The notes: generated by a model not told the origin, from the sequence alone. DNA of 64,000 bases from an uncultured Chloroflexia bacterium (GCA_963774265.1 CAVZDU010000002.1:800001-864000), one strand, 5' to 3'. Positions 29,506 to 40,689 are shown, counted from the stretch's first letter. Program-made: numbers and translations.

Positions 29506-29632
29506 TGACATGCCCCCAGAAAGTCGCGCCACCTGATGTGTTAGAATCTCAGCGTAAGCGGGAGGTTCTGCGTGAAACTGGAGCGGTCTTCGGAGGAAGA
29601 GATCGTTGGCATCCTGCGGGAAGACGAGAAGG
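29506..29632 (+). mobile_element. IS3-family left-end remnant
   Basis: TGACATGCCCCC..GCCAC end, GGAGG RBS and frameshifted MK..R.SEEEIVGILRE.EK OrfA start. Confidence 0.55.
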
Positions 29633-29795
29633 TTGAAAAGCCAATTTGGCCCCATCAAACACACACTGAGTTTGCTGCGGGCTGGCAACTGGAATCTGAA
29701 CCAGAGCGCGCTGGGGAACTCGATGCCCGGATAGGTTGACGCAGGAACGCGACGGACGGCGCTGCACGGGTTTTCATGCAGTCGCCGTCCGCAGC

Positions 29796-31232
29796 CTAGG
29801 GCTTCGTGAACAGCAGGACGCGGTCGAACAACACCTCCCGGATCTCCGGCCCGGTCTTCGTGGCGGGATCGAGGTACAGGCGGAAGATGATCTTGAAGGG
29901 CGAAGCGTCCGTCAGGGTCAAGCGGGCGCAGTCGGGTTGCTTGATCGTCATGCAGTGCGGGTCGTCCCCGCAGTCCCACGCGATCTTCCAGGCGTACAGC
30001 TTGTCGACGTTGGGCGTGTCCGCGTGCAGATAATCCGTGGCGCTGCCAGCGTATTGCGTGTCGAACACCGAATCCAGCCCGATCCACAGGGTGTCCTCGT
30101 AGATGCTAAAGCTGGAGTACGAGGTTTTGCCCGTCGCGTGGTGGTTGACTCCGTAGACCATCGCAAAACTGCCCTCTGGCAGGAAGAACTGCTCATCCGT
30201 GCGCGGGCCCACGGCGTCGCTGCTGGGGGCCATCTCGTTGATCTCTTCCTGCAGCCCGGTGAAACCCTCCCAGTAGTACCAGTCGAGCTTCTGCTCGGTC
30301 GCAACCTGGTCCCGGTACCGGTCTTTGATCGCCTCGCCGAGCGCATCGACCGCCGGCACCAGGTCGAGCTCGGTCTGGCCGGTGCCGCGTACCGCCACCT
30401 TGGGCACCGGGATGGGCTTGGGCTGCCAGGCCGGGTCTTGCAGCGTCACGCGGAGGAGGGTCTGGCTTTTCTTGAGATACTTGTCCAGCGCCTTCTGCTC
30501 CTGTGGCACGGCCGTGCGCTGGACCAGGAAGAAGCTATCGGCCATCGCATCGACGCCGAGGTGCAGCACGGCCGGCGGCAGGACGATGGTATTGAACATG
30601 CTGGGAGGATAGCCGGCCTTCTGCGCCGCCTCGCGCACGCGCGCCTCCACCTCCTGGTCGGCGACGATGAACAGGAGCATCTGGCGGTTGAACGGGTCGT
30701 TGGGTAGGCCGCTCGTGTGCACCGTCATGTTGTTGATGGAGTCGGCAACGTAGTCGTTGACGAGCGAGAAGATGTTGCGATCGTCCGGAGGATTAAACGG
30801 GAAATTGTACGGGTACCGGGTCGTGCGGCGGGTGCCCATGAAGACCGTGTAGCTGAAGTAGGCCATGGGCGGCGGCGTCTGGCCGATGAGGATGAGCGCC
30901 TCGTTCTGGCCCAGGTGGAAGTTATTGTTCGGCAGCGGCACAGTGACCTCGTCCGGGCCGGGCTCGACCTTGCTGACGAGGTATGGCGCATTAACATTGT
31001 TGTACATGCACTTGAACTTGGCATCCGCGGGGCAACACACCTCACTGGGCATGTCGAATGAAGCGAGCTTGCTGTCTTCATTCGGCACGAAGAAGTCCGC
31101 TTGCTTGAGTGCGGCCTTTAGAGAGTGGACGTTGCCCGCCCCGTGGCTGCTCGGCGCGACGCTGCCCAATAGGAGTGAGGCGCTGATGGCGAGAAGGAGG
31201 ACTACGGCGATTGAGTGCCAACGGCTTTTCAT
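29796..31232 (-). CDS. Secreted hypothetical protein (paralog of 62396..63835)
   Basis: AAGGAGG RBS; signal peptide; shares NEA.I..G.TPP...YFS, RGTG.TE.DL.PAV, YG.NH.ATGK..YS and LYAWK.A.DC with the paralog. Confidence 0.8.
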   Translation of the reverse strand: MKSRWHSIAVVLLLAISASLLLGSVAPSSHGAGNVHSLKAALKQADFFVPNEDSKLASFDMPSEVCCPADAKFKCMYNNVNAPYLVSKVEPGPDEVTVPLPNNNFHLGQNEALILIGQTPPPMAYFSYTVFMGTRRTTRYPYNFPFNPPDDRNIFSLVNDYVADSINNMTVHTSGLPNDPFNRQMLLFIVADQEVEARVREAAQKAGYPPSMFNTIVLPPAVLHLGVDAMADSFFLVQRTAVPQEQKALDKYLKKSQTLLRVTLQDPAWQPKPIPVPKVAVRGTGQTELDLVPAVDALGEAIKDRYRDQVATEQKLDWYYWEGFTGLQEEINEMAPSSDAVGPRTDEQFFLPEGSFAMVYGVNHHATGKTSYSSFSIYEDTLWIGLDSVFDTQYAGSATDYLHADTPNVDKLYAWKIAWDCGDDPHCMTIKQPDCARLTLTDASPFKIIFRLYLDPATKTGPEIREVLFDRVLLFTKP

Positions 31233-32040
31233 TTCTACCTCCTTGGTCATGCGGCAAGGCTTGGGTGGCAACCAGGGTGACGGGCCCCTATGCTGTTGTC
31301 GGACCTCCCTGTCAGAGCGAGATGCTGCGGCGCCTGCAACGACCCGGCCGGCCTGCGGCTGTCACAGCTCACCGCCTGCGATGCCCCATAACCAGCAGCC
31401 ATCCCCGGCAACCCCTGGGGCTCCCTCAAGGCTGAACTTGATCGACACTGCCGGCCTGGGCCGCGTTCGGTGCCGGAGCTGCGGCTGCCGGGGGATAGAA
31501 GCCACGGATCACGGTATCAGCGCACTCCCTCGTTGCCAAGAGCGGCAAGCGGTGAGGCATCCGGGACGTCTCTTGCGAGGGATGGAGCGCCATCACAACG
31601 GGTGCGAGTTCGCCCGGGGCTTTGTCGGGCCACACGAGAGGCAGGTGGTTCGGAGTTTGACTACGGCGCGTCTGCGAGGCCAACCGAACGACCGGCATGC
31701 GGCAACCGCCGGGGTACGCTGAACTACATGGCACCTGATGCATTCGATATCATGCACATTATACTACTAGTCCGCTCTGATTGTGCCGCGAGTTTCAATC
31801 GAACTCGCGGCAAGAGCAAAGGAAATTCTTGTTCCTTACTAAGTGCAAGCTTACAATAGGCAAAATCTAACACATCCAGTAGTACTCATAACGGGGGCAG
31901 GTCAGGGCGGCGTCCCGGGATGCCCACCGCAATACAACTTTACGGTCATCCCGCTCCGTGGTATCATGGCGACATCAACGTCGCCCTAGTTGCACGCCCT
32001 CATGCCTCGCACGTAACGTTGAATCCAAGGATCTCCGCCC

Positions 32041-33363
32041 ATGACCGACCGCCATGACCTCTTTCGCCGCATGCGTGAAGCCCTGGCCGAATGCTATCCT
32101 CAGCGTCCTCGCGCCGAGCTCTTCGCGCAAGACATCGGCCTGAGCCTAGCGCAGATCGATCTCTCGGGCGCCCCGATCGAGTTCTGGCAGCGCATCCTGG
32201 AAGAAGCCGAGCGGCAGGGTAAGGTCGAGGCGTTATTGGGGCGGGCATTCGATAGCGCTCCAGCGAAGGTTGAGCTTGATAGGCTGCGTCAGGAATATCA
32301 CGCCCTGAGCATGGTGGAGTCAGCGCAGGCAGTGCCGCCTTTCGTTGTGTACGAGCCGCAGCCGGCCGCCGTCAGCACCGCTCAGAAAGGTGCTTCGACA
32401 CCGAGGCGGGTATGGCCGGCCGTGGGCGGGGTGGCTAGCTTGCTGGCAGTGATCGTTTACGCTGTCATCCAGATCAGTGGGCAAGGCGGGAAGCCTACCA
32501 CGCTGCCAGCTGGGACAGGCCCTACGCAAGCTCCGGCCACGATGACTTCAGAAATCCCCGTCATCCTCCCGTCACCCACACGACAGACATCGGCAATCAC
32601 CTCGGCGCCATCTCCGCCTGCAACAGCGCAGATAACCCTGGTGCCAGCAGCCACGATGATCTCCCCCATTGACGGTATGGTGATGGTCTGGGTCCCGGCT
32701 GGGGAGTTCACCATGGGGTCGGCGAATACCGATACTGAGGCTAATTCCGATGAAAAGCCGCAGCACAGGGTCTACATAGAGGGATTCTGGATATCGCGCA
32801 CGGAGATCACAAACGCTCAATACAGCGGTTGCGTGAGGGCTGGAGCCTGTGCACCACCAAACGATGAGGACTACACTCGGGCGGAGATTGCAGAGCGGCC
32901 AGTGACCGAAATGAGCTGGCACAACGCCAACGAGTACGCGCGCTGGGTGGGTGGCCGACTGCCGACCGAGGCGGAATGGGAGAAGGCCTGCCGGGGTACG
33001 GATGGGCGGATCTATCCGTGGGGCTCTGCAGAGCCTACTGACAAGCTTGCCCGCTATAGTGGTGTGACGGGCGCTCGAGATGTAGGAAGTTACCCGGAGG
33101 GCGCGAGCTTCTACGGGCTGTTTGATATGGCGGGCAACGTCTGGGAGTGGACGAGCAGCGGGCCTCGAGAATACCCGTATCGAGTTGACGATGGCCGAGA
33201 AGGCCCGGATGAAAAGATGCGTGTGTTGCGCGGGGGCGCCTTCGACTTTAGTGCGGGATACCTGCGCTGCGCCGTGCGCTTCGGGAGCGACCCGGACAGC
33301 CGCAACGGGGACGTCGGTTTTCGAGTTGTAACGTCTCCCATCATTCATGGCTCTGGGGGCTGA
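32041..33363 (+). CDS. EAD1-like N-terminal domain, TM helix and FGE-sulfatase (C-type lectin fold) domain
   Basis: REALAECYP...ILEEAERQGKVEALL; TM at about aa 125-145; P/T linker; F.MGS, RLPTEAEWEKA, DMAGNVWEW, RGG and GFR motifs. Confidence 0.82.
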   Translation: MTDRHDLFRRMREALAECYPQRPRAELFAQDIGLSLAQIDLSGAPIEFWQRILEEAERQGKVEALLGRAFDSAPAKVELDRLRQEYHALSMVESAQAVPPFVVYEPQPAAVSTAQKGASTPRRVWPAVGGVASLLAVIVYAVIQISGQGGKPTTLPAGTGPTQAPATMTSEIPVILPSPTRQTSAITSAPSPPATAQITLVPAATMISPIDGMVMVWVPAGEFTMGSANTDTEANSDEKPQHRVYIEGFWISRTEITNAQYSGCVRAGACAPPNDEDYTRAEIAERPVTEMSWHNANEYARWVGGRLPTEAEWEKACRGTDGRIYPWGSAEPTDKLARYSGVTGARDVGSYPEGASFYGLFDMAGNVWEWTSSGPREYPYRVDDGREGPDEKMRVLRGGAFDFSAGYLRCAVRFGSDPDSRNGDVGFRVVTSPIIHGSGG

Positions 33364-33402
33364 AGCTGCGGACCCTGGTACTCTGGGGGGAGGTACAGCC
33401 CG

Positions 33403-34707
33403 ATGATCTCGATCCTCCGTCAGCGCAACTTCGGCCTGCTCTGGTTCGGCCAGGTGATCTCCGTGGCCGGCGACTGGGTCCTCTTTGCTTCGCTCGCCTT
33501 CTACGTCTACGCCCTGACTGGCTCGGTCCTGGCCAGCGGCGCGATGATGATCGTGTCCACGGTGCCGCGCGTCGTGCTCGGCAGCGTCGCCGGCGTGTTC
33601 GTCGACCGCTGGGACCGCCGCGGCACGATGATCGTCGCGGACCTGGGCCGTGCGCTCGTGCTCCTGCCGCTCCTGGCCGTGCACACTGCGGGCGACATGT
33701 GGATCGTCTACTTGGCCGCGTTCGCCGAGGCCGCGATATCGCAGTTCTTCGGTCCGGCCAAGAATGCGCTGGTGCCGCGCATCGTCACGACCGAGGAACT
33801 GGTCCGGGCCAACTCGGCGAACAGCGTGGGCGAGCAAGTCGGGCGGCTGGTCGGGCCGGCCGTGGGCGGCTTCATGCTCGCGCAGCTCGGGGTCCAGAGC
33901 GTCGTGATCTTTGACGTGCTCTCGTTCGTCGTGTCCGCGGCGATGATCGCGCTTATGGTCGTGCCCACCGCCGCGACGCGTGCGGCTGCGGGCGCGGCGT
34001 CGCCCGAGGCGGTGCCCGCATCTGCGGGCACCGTGGAAGGCGCTCCGTCTGCCGGTGGGCTGCAGGGCGCCGCCCGCGCGAGTGGCGGCGCCCTGCAGGT
34101 CTGGCGGGAGCTGCTGGCGGGGCTGCACCTGATGCGCGCCAACCACGTCCTGACCGCTTTATTCCTCCTCTGGACGATCTCCAGCATCGGCGAGGGCCTG
34201 CTCGACGTGCTCATCGTGCCGTGGGTCAGCAGCGTGCTGGCGGGCACCTCCTTGACGTTCGGCTGGATGATGACCATGCAGGCGATCGGCAGCATCGCGG
34301 GCGGCGCGCTCCTGGCGTCGGCCGGCAAGACGCAGCAGGCGCGGCTGCTCGTGGTGCTCGGCGCGCTGGGCTGGGGCGTGATCGACCTCGCGATCTTCAA
34401 CGCGGACTCGGTGGCCGTGGCGCTGGTCCTGTTCGTGCTCGTCGGCATCCCGATCGCGGCCATGGTGGTCAGCTTCAACGCGCTCATCCAGTCCGAGGCG
34501 CCCGACGAGTACCGCGGAAGGATGTTCGGCGCGTTCGGCGCCGCGGCCGCGCTCGCCACGCTGGCGGGGATGGCGGTGTCGAGCGCGCTGGCCGGCCGGG
34601 TGGGGATCGTAACGATGCTGAACGTCGCGTGCGTGGTGATCGTCGCCGGGGCCGCGGTGGGCGGGGTAGCGCTGGCCGCGCGGCCGTCCGGGCGGGCTGC
34701 GACGTGA
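33403..34707 (+). CDS. MFS transporter (DHA3/macrolide-efflux-like)
   Basis: RNF.LLW.GQ.IS..GD, G.FVDRWDRR and P.EYRGR motifs; about 12 TM segments. Confidence 0.88.
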   Translation: MISILRQRNFGLLWFGQVISVAGDWVLFASLAFYVYALTGSVLASGAMMIVSTVPRVVLGSVAGVFVDRWDRRGTMIVADLGRALVLLPLLAVHTAGDMWIVYLAAFAEAAISQFFGPAKNALVPRIVTTEELVRANSANSVGEQVGRLVGPAVGGFMLAQLGVQSVVIFDVLSFVVSAAMIALMVVPTAATRAAAGAASPEAVPASAGTVEGAPSAGGLQGAARASGGALQVWRELLAGLHLMRANHVLTALFLLWTISSIGEGLLDVLIVPWVSSVLAGTSLTFGWMMTMQAIGSIAGGALLASAGKTQQARLLVVLGALGWGVIDLAIFNADSVAVALVLFVLVGIPIAAMVVSFNALIQSEAPDEYRGRMFGAFGAAAALATLAGMAVSSALAGRVGIVTMLNVACVVIVAGAAVGGVALAARPSGRAAT

Positions 34708-34871
34708 GCAGCCACCGAGAAGCGGCACGCAGAGGTCCGCACTGCCAGCAACTGATTTCGGGTAACGTAGCTAACGCTCAATCAACCATCCGGCCGTGGT
34801 AGCTGCCCCAAACCAGCAATTCCAAATGCGGCTCAAACCGCCTACCGCCGTGGGCCGGTCAAAGCCCATTC

Positions 34872-36019
34872 TCACTTGGTGTCGGCCAGGCGATTCGTGC
34901 CCTGCAGTACATCCTCCCGTAAGATCTGCAGCGCCTTCCGAGGCTCCTCGAAGATCGGGCAATGAGCTGAGTTCCCGAACGTGTAGAACCCCTTCAAGGG
35001 AGCCCTCAGGGTCTCGAAGTAGTCCCTCGCGACCGAGTAGGCACACGTACCGTCGTATATGCCCTCGAAGAAGTAGACGGGAAGAGCCACCTCCGGCAAC
35101 TGTTTGGCCAGGTCCGTCGCCAGCACCTGGTCGAGCAGCACGCTGACGCCGGCTGTAGATTTCGCCCGCCACGTGTTGATCTTTTCGGCCAGGGTGTACT
35201 CCGGGTTCCGCAAGAACGACGGCAGCAAGAGGCCGGTGACGATCGATCTCTGGCCGTGCATCGTACCGATGCCCAGCTCGTGCATGGCGATGTCACGCAG
35301 CGACGCACTGTACGCACGGGGCATCCCGCCTGTCCTCGTGACCGACGCGGCCTCCAGCTTTCTTACCATATCCGCCCTGCCGTTCCTTCTGAACTGCTCG
35401 AGCATATACTGGTACGTAAGCAGCTCGGATTCGAGCTGGTTCGACATCTGAGCGACGCCGATGTAAGCGTGGTACAGCTCCGGGGCCCGGGCGGCCGCCT
35501 GAATGCCGACGAACGTGCCCCCCAAGTGCCCCATCAGGTAGATCTTGTCCTGACCGAATCGCCGGCGCAGGTAATTCGTCAGCTCCAACGTGTCGGAGGT
35601 CAATTGCTCGAGAGTGATCATCCCGGGCGCCATGCGGGGGCTGTAAGAGATCCCCGACCCGCGCTGTTCCCACCAAACCACAGTGAACAGGTCCTCGAGG
35701 CCCGTGGGGTACCGCTGGGTCAGGAAATAATCCGGCATACCGCCGTGGAGGTATTGCAGGACGGGGTGGGTTGCGTCTTTGCTCTTGATGAACATCCCCT
35801 ATTCCACTCCGCCTATGTTGACGCGAACCTTCTCGGAAATACTGCGCGGCAGCGGCCTTCCGGCTTCATCGAGGAACTGTTTCGGTTTTCCGGGGCTCAA
35901 CAGCACCAAAACGCCAAGCAGGCCGATATGGTAGTAACCGCGACCAACACAATGCGCCCTACCCTTCTTCCGAATGACAGGGCGTTTGCCCGGCCGGTTG
36001 CGTCGAGCGGTCCATTCAC
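34872..36019 (-). pseudogene. Alpha/beta hydrolase pseudogene (paralog of 53455..54582)
   Basis: Frameshift near 35915; in-frame TAG at 35799-35801 (GVE*GM vs GVEQGM); nucleophile GHLGG vs GHSGG. Confidence 0.85.
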
Positions 36020-36249
36020 GATGCCCTCCTCGGTTTTCCAATTATCTCTTCGGCGATCACACCTGCCTATTCTCGCCAGGTAGTCGGAAATCGCCAATTC
36101 GGGCCACGGATGTGGAGATCGGCCGCGCGGGCGCCAATCAGATCGATCGGCTGTCACGTATAGAGGGTGTAACTCAACGCCCACGCTCGGCCAATAACTT
36201 GAGCGCTTCGCCGAAATCGAGCTTCTCCTGGAATCCCTGGAGCCCCTGT

Positions 36250-37777
36250 GACTCGGTTCCAGATTGTGTTGGTCGGTGTAGCGACAGGGGCTATTGACAA
36301 AAATGGGCCAAACGGCCATTGTGTAGTTGTGACACCGCACAAGAAAGCCGCACGGCCCATGAACATTATAGAGCGAGGCAGGGCACACCTGCAATCCTTA
36401 GTGGCGCTGGCCAAGCGCAGCGTTTGGGACTGGAAGCGCTGTCCGACCTGTGGCGGGACGTGGACGAGTTGCTGGGGCACGTATCCCCGTCACCCCTGGT
36501 TCCTGGATCGGGGCCGGCAGGAGGTGCGCATCCAGCGCCACAAGTGCTACGCCTGCAACAAGACGTATTCGGAGCGGTCGGCCCTGCTGGTGCGCGGTAG
36601 TTGGTATGCCCGGGACGTTCACCGTTGTGCGGTCGACCACTGGCAACACGGCGGCACCTCATTACGGCGGACGGCGGAGTTGCTGCGCTCCTGGTTGGGG
36701 CACCAGGAACGTTGGTTGCTCTGGCGACCGCTGGATCCCGAGAGCGGCGAGCGGTGTTATTTGGCGGCCAGCACCGTGCAGCGCTGGCTGGACGGGGCCG
36801 GCAAAACGGCTCAAGCCAGCGTGGACGGGCAACTAGCGGGCATTGCCCACACGCACGCGGTGGGCACGGACGGCTTATGGGCCAAGCTGAAAGGCAAGGC
36901 GCAGCGGGTCGTGCTGCTCATCGTGGACAGCGTTACCGGCCTGGTCTATCCGCCAGTCGTGGCCAAAGGCGAAGGGTCGGTAGGACCGTGGCAGCGGCTG
37001 TTTGAACGGGCTAAGCGGGCCGGACTGGACGTGGATGCCCTGCGCGGCGCAACGTCCGATGGCGCACAGGGGCTGCTGGCTTACTTGCGCCGGAGCCTCG
37101 CCTGGGTCCAGCATCAGCGCTGCGTCTGGCATTTGTGGCGCAACCTGGGAGGCGAGCTCGCCAAAGCCGCCAGCGAAGCGGCGGGCGACCTGACCGGCGA
37201 AGCTGCCGAGCACATCCGCAAGCAAACCCGAGATGAGTTGGGCGGGCTGATTCACAAGATCATGGACGCCCAGAGTTACACTGAGGCGGAAGCAGCGTTA
37301 GCCACGCTGCTGGGGCATCCGCTAGGCGCAACCCTCGGCAAGCTGCTCAATGAGCAACTCGATCGGGTACTCGTGCACCTGCTGGCTTACTACCAAGGCT
37401 TGCAGCGGGTGACACCCGAGTGGTACTGGCGAGATTTTCGCTTACGACTCAGCCGCGGCCGCAACCACCGCTCGGATCAGCGCCTGGAGCGGGCGACCCT
37501 GGTCTGGGCGATCTACCATAACTTCGAGCCCGCTCAAGGGAGGTCTGAGCGTAAACGTCATTACCGGCATCCCGGCCAAAGTGCCCTCCAAGTCGCCGGC
37601 GTGCCACCCGGAAAAGTGAGCTACCTGGACGCTTTGGGCGTGTAAACGCCCACGGTCCCGTCGCTTGTCGCCCCTTACCGGCGGCGAGCGACGGGAGGCA
37701 AAGTCTGCGCAGCCGTCTGCCGATTATCACCTACCAACAGGCCGACTCGGTCCGCCAACATAGGACGGAACCGAGTC
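36250..37777 (+). mobile_element. Complete IS (IS256/Mutator-like) with 23-bp imperfect IRs and 8-bp target duplication
   Basis: IRL GACTCGGTTCCagattgTGTTGG; IRR (reverse complement) GACTCGGTTCCgtcctaTGTTGG; GCCCCTGT at 36242-36249 and 37778-37785. Confidence 0.85.
36359..37645 (+). CDS. Transposase with N-terminal zinc ribbon
   Basis: CPTC..CYAC; GTDG, TSDG and HQRCVWHLWRN (Mutator/IS256-like C-x-x-H). Confidence 0.8.
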   Translation: MNIIERGRAHLQSLVALAKRSVWDWKRCPTCGGTWTSCWGTYPRHPWFLDRGRQEVRIQRHKCYACNKTYSERSALLVRGSWYARDVHRCAVDHWQHGGTSLRRTAELLRSWLGHQERWLLWRPLDPESGERCYLAASTVQRWLDGAGKTAQASVDGQLAGIAHTHAVGTDGLWAKLKGKAQRVVLLIVDSVTGLVYPPVVAKGEGSVGPWQRLFERAKRAGLDVDALRGATSDGAQGLLAYLRRSLAWVQHQRCVWHLWRNLGGELAKAASEAAGDLTGEAAEHIRKQTRDELGGLIHKIMDAQSYTEAEAALATLLGHPLGATLGKLLNEQLDRVLVHLLAYYQGLQRVTPEWYWRDFRLRLSRGRNHRSDQRLERATLVWAIYHNFEPAQGRSERKRHYRHPGQSALQVAGVPPGKVSYLDALGV

Positions 37778-37815
37778 GCCCCTGTGGGGCGCTTCCTGAA
37801 TTGCGGCGCATGTTC

Positions 37816-37830
37816 TATAATTGTCCTATG
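37816..37830 (+). promoter_or_regulatory. Leaderless promoter of regulator 1
   Basis: TATAAT-N6-ATG with no Shine-Dalgarno; same geometry at 45343 and 49478. Confidence 0.6.
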
Positions 37831-40522
37831 TCCACGCCCATCTTGGCCACCAAACTGTATATCCCCCCACCTCGGCCTAAAGTTGTCCTCCGCCCCCGCC
37901 TGATCGAGCGGCTGAACGAGGGTCTGCGCCAAGACCAGGGCTTCGGACGCAAGCTGACCCTCATCTCTGCCCCCGCCGGCTTTGGCAAAACCACGCTGGT
38001 CAGCGAATGGGTCGCCGGTTGGCCGCGAGCGAACCAAAGGTCCGCGTCGCCTGGCTGTCGCTGGACGAAGGGGATAACGACCCCACACGCTTTCTGGCTT
38101 ACCTCGTCGCGGCTTTGCAGACCATCTGCTGCCGGATATCGGAGCAGGGATGTTGGCTGCGCTCCAATCCCCTCAGCCGCCGCCCACCGAAGCGATTCTG
38201 ACGGCCCTGCTCAACGAGATCACCACCGTCCCGGACCATTTCATCCTCGTCCTGGACGACTACCACGTGATTGATGCCCAACCGGTGTCGACTCGACGGC
38301 CCTCACCTTTCTGCTCGAGCACCTGCCGCCCCAGATGCACCTGGTCATCGCCACCCGTGAGGATCCGCATCTACCCCTGGCCCGGCTGCGCGCCCGCGGC
38401 CAATTGACCGAGCTGCGCGCCGCCGACTTGCGTTTCACCCCCGCCGAAGCCGCCGAATTTCTCAACCAGGTGATGGGCCTGAACCTCTCGGCGGAAGACA
38501 TCGCCGCGCTGGAAACCCGCACCGAAGGCTGGATCGCCGGCCTGCAATTGGCCGCGATTTCAATGCAGGGACATCAGGACACCACCAGCTTCATCCAGTC
38601 CTTCACCGGCAGCCACCATTTCGTGCTGGACTATCTGATTGAAGAAGTCCTGCAGCAGCAGTCCGAAAGCGTCCAGACTTTCCTGCTGCGCACGTCCATC
38701 CTCGACCGCATGTGCGGCCCCCTGTGTGATGCCGTTACTGCTCGCCCCGTCTGCTTCCGGGCAGGAAACCCTGGAATATCTCGAACACGCCAACCTGTTC
38801 ATCGTCCCCCTGGACAACGAGCGGCGCTGGTACCGCTATCACCATCTCTTTGCCGAATTACTGCGACAACGGCTGCAGCAGAGCCTGACACCTGGACGCA
38901 TGGCCGAGTATCACATCCGTGCCAGCCAATGGTACGAAGACAATGGCCTGGAGATTGAAGCGTTTCAACATGCGACTGCCGCCAATGATGTTGAGCGCGC
39001 CGAGCGCCTGATGGAAGGCAAAGGGATACCCCTGCATTTTCGCGGCGCAGTGAACGCTATCCTGGCGTGGCTGGCATCGCTGCCGAAGTCGGTGCTGGAT
39101 GCCAGACCCTTGTTGTGGGTGAGGTCGGCCACGATGGCGTTGACGGCCGGCCAGACAACCGGCGTGGAAGAGAAACTACAGGCGGCTGAAGCAGCCCTGC
39201 AAAATGCCGATCTTGATCCTCAAACCCGCGACCTGATCGGGCAAATTGCCTGCGCCAGGGCCACGTTGGCGGTCACCCGCTACCAGCCGGAAGCGATGAT
39301 CATCCAGGCGCACCGCGCCCTGGAGTATCTGCTTCCCGAGAATCTGCCTTTCCGCTTTACGGCTAACTGGACGCTGTCGACTGCCTATCAGCTTCAGGGT
39401 GACCGCGCCGCGGCCAGCCGGGCTTTAGCGGAAGCCTTATCGATCAGCCAGGCGTCTGGGAGCATGTTTTCCACGATACTGGCGACCAGCCACCTGGGGC
39501 GGCTACAGGAATTGGAGAACCAGCTTTATCGGGCGGCCGAGACCTATCGGCGTGTGCTGCAGCTGGCGGGCGATCAGCCGCTGCCGAGTGCCACCGAAGC
39601 GCATCTTGGCCTGGCCCGCATCTGCTACGAATGGAACGACCTGGAGGCCGCCGAGCAGCACGGACAACAGAGCCTGCAACTGGCGCGGCAGTATGACCGC
39701 GTGATTGACCGATTCATTATCAGCGAAGTGTTTCTGGCCCGCCTGAAACTGGCCCAGGGCGATGTGGCCGGCGCGGCCGCGCATGTTAGCCGAGACCGAG
39801 CAAGCCGTGCGCCAGCAGAACTTCGTGCATGCGCATGCCCGAGGTCGCTGCCGCGCAGGTGCTTGTCCTGCTTCGCCAGGGCAATGTGGCGGCCGCCGCT
39901 CGATCTGGCTCAGACGCACGATCTCCCCATCAGCCAGGCCCGGGTGCTCCTGGCCCAGGGAGACCCATCCGCAGCGCTGGCGGTGCTGGAGCCATTGCGC
40001 CAGCAGATGGAAGCCAAGGGCTGGCAGGATGAACGGCTCAAGGTGATGGTTCTGCAGGCGGTCGCGCTGCCACTGCGCACGGCGAGAAGGACAAGGCCGT
40101 GCAACTGCTGGGTGAGGCGCTGGCGCTGGCCGAGCCGGGCGGCTTCGTCCGTCTCTTTGTGGACGAAGGGCCGCCGATGGCTCAGCTATTGTCCGAGGCG
40201 GCTGCCCGTGGGATCATGCCGGACTATATCGCCAAGCTGCTGGCTGCATTTCAAGACGTGACGAATGATGAAGGACAAACGACAAGACCTTCGTCCGCCG
40301 TCACGCGGAGCGGTCCTTCGGCGTTGGTCGAGCCACTGAGCCAACGCGAGCTGGAAATCCTGACAGCTGATCACCCAGGGACTCTCGAATCGGGAGATCG
40401 GCGAGCGGCTGTTCCTCGCCCTGGACACGGTCAAAGGGCACAACCGCAGAATCTTCGACAAACTCCAGGTTCAAAGCCGCACCGAAGCCATCGCCCGCGC
40501 CCGCGAGCTGGGCTTGTTGTAA
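37828..40522 (+). pseudogene. MalT-like STAND/LuxR regulator 1 (multiple frameshifts)
   Basis: Fragments are collinear with intact 49490..52231: [27 protein letters not shown], sensor repeats, LuxR HTH. Confidence 0.9.
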
Positions 40523-40570
40523 CCGCAAGTATTCGTATTCCTCAACATCCTCCCCCTCTATAAGCCAAAA

Positions 40571-40646
40571 CAACACCTCCAACCAACACCAAAGTGTCTA
40601 TACAACAACACCGTGGCGCCGGTATATTACCTGTGCCTTGAGCAAG
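40571..40646 (+). promoter_or_regulatory. Conserved AACAC-box operator/promoter motif, copy 1
   Basis: CAACACCTCCAACCAACACCAAAGTGTCTATACAACAACACCG..GGTATATTACCT; four copies in the window. Confidence 0.75.
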
Positions 40647-40689
40647 CGGCTCAGCCGGTGCGAATCGGACAGGAGAGAAAGAGAGAAAA

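Noticed and set aside
31240-31740. Riboswitch or gene upstream of the secreted protein
   Set aside because: GC-rich with possible hairpins, but no riboswitch consensus or credible ORF was recognised.
32041-33363. True formylglycine-generating enzyme for the nearby sulfatase
   Set aside because: Lacks the catalytic Cys pair of FGE, has an EAD1/TM architecture, and a radical-SAM maturase is already next to the sulfatase.
32572-34781. Long minus-strand ORFs (524 aa and 357 aa)
   Set aside because: Shadows of the CLec and MFS genes.
34770-34871. attC site after the minus-strand hydrolase
   Set aside because: A GTTAGCT end and partial arms exist, but there is no clear R'' box; too weak to call.
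35799-35801. TAG read-through (pyrrolysine)
   Set aside because: The paralog has Gln here, and the gene also has a frameshift and has lost its catalytic Ser.
36165-36235. DnaG primase fragment (EKLDFGEALKLLAER)
   Set aside because: Only about 20 residues of resemblance; too short to support a feature.
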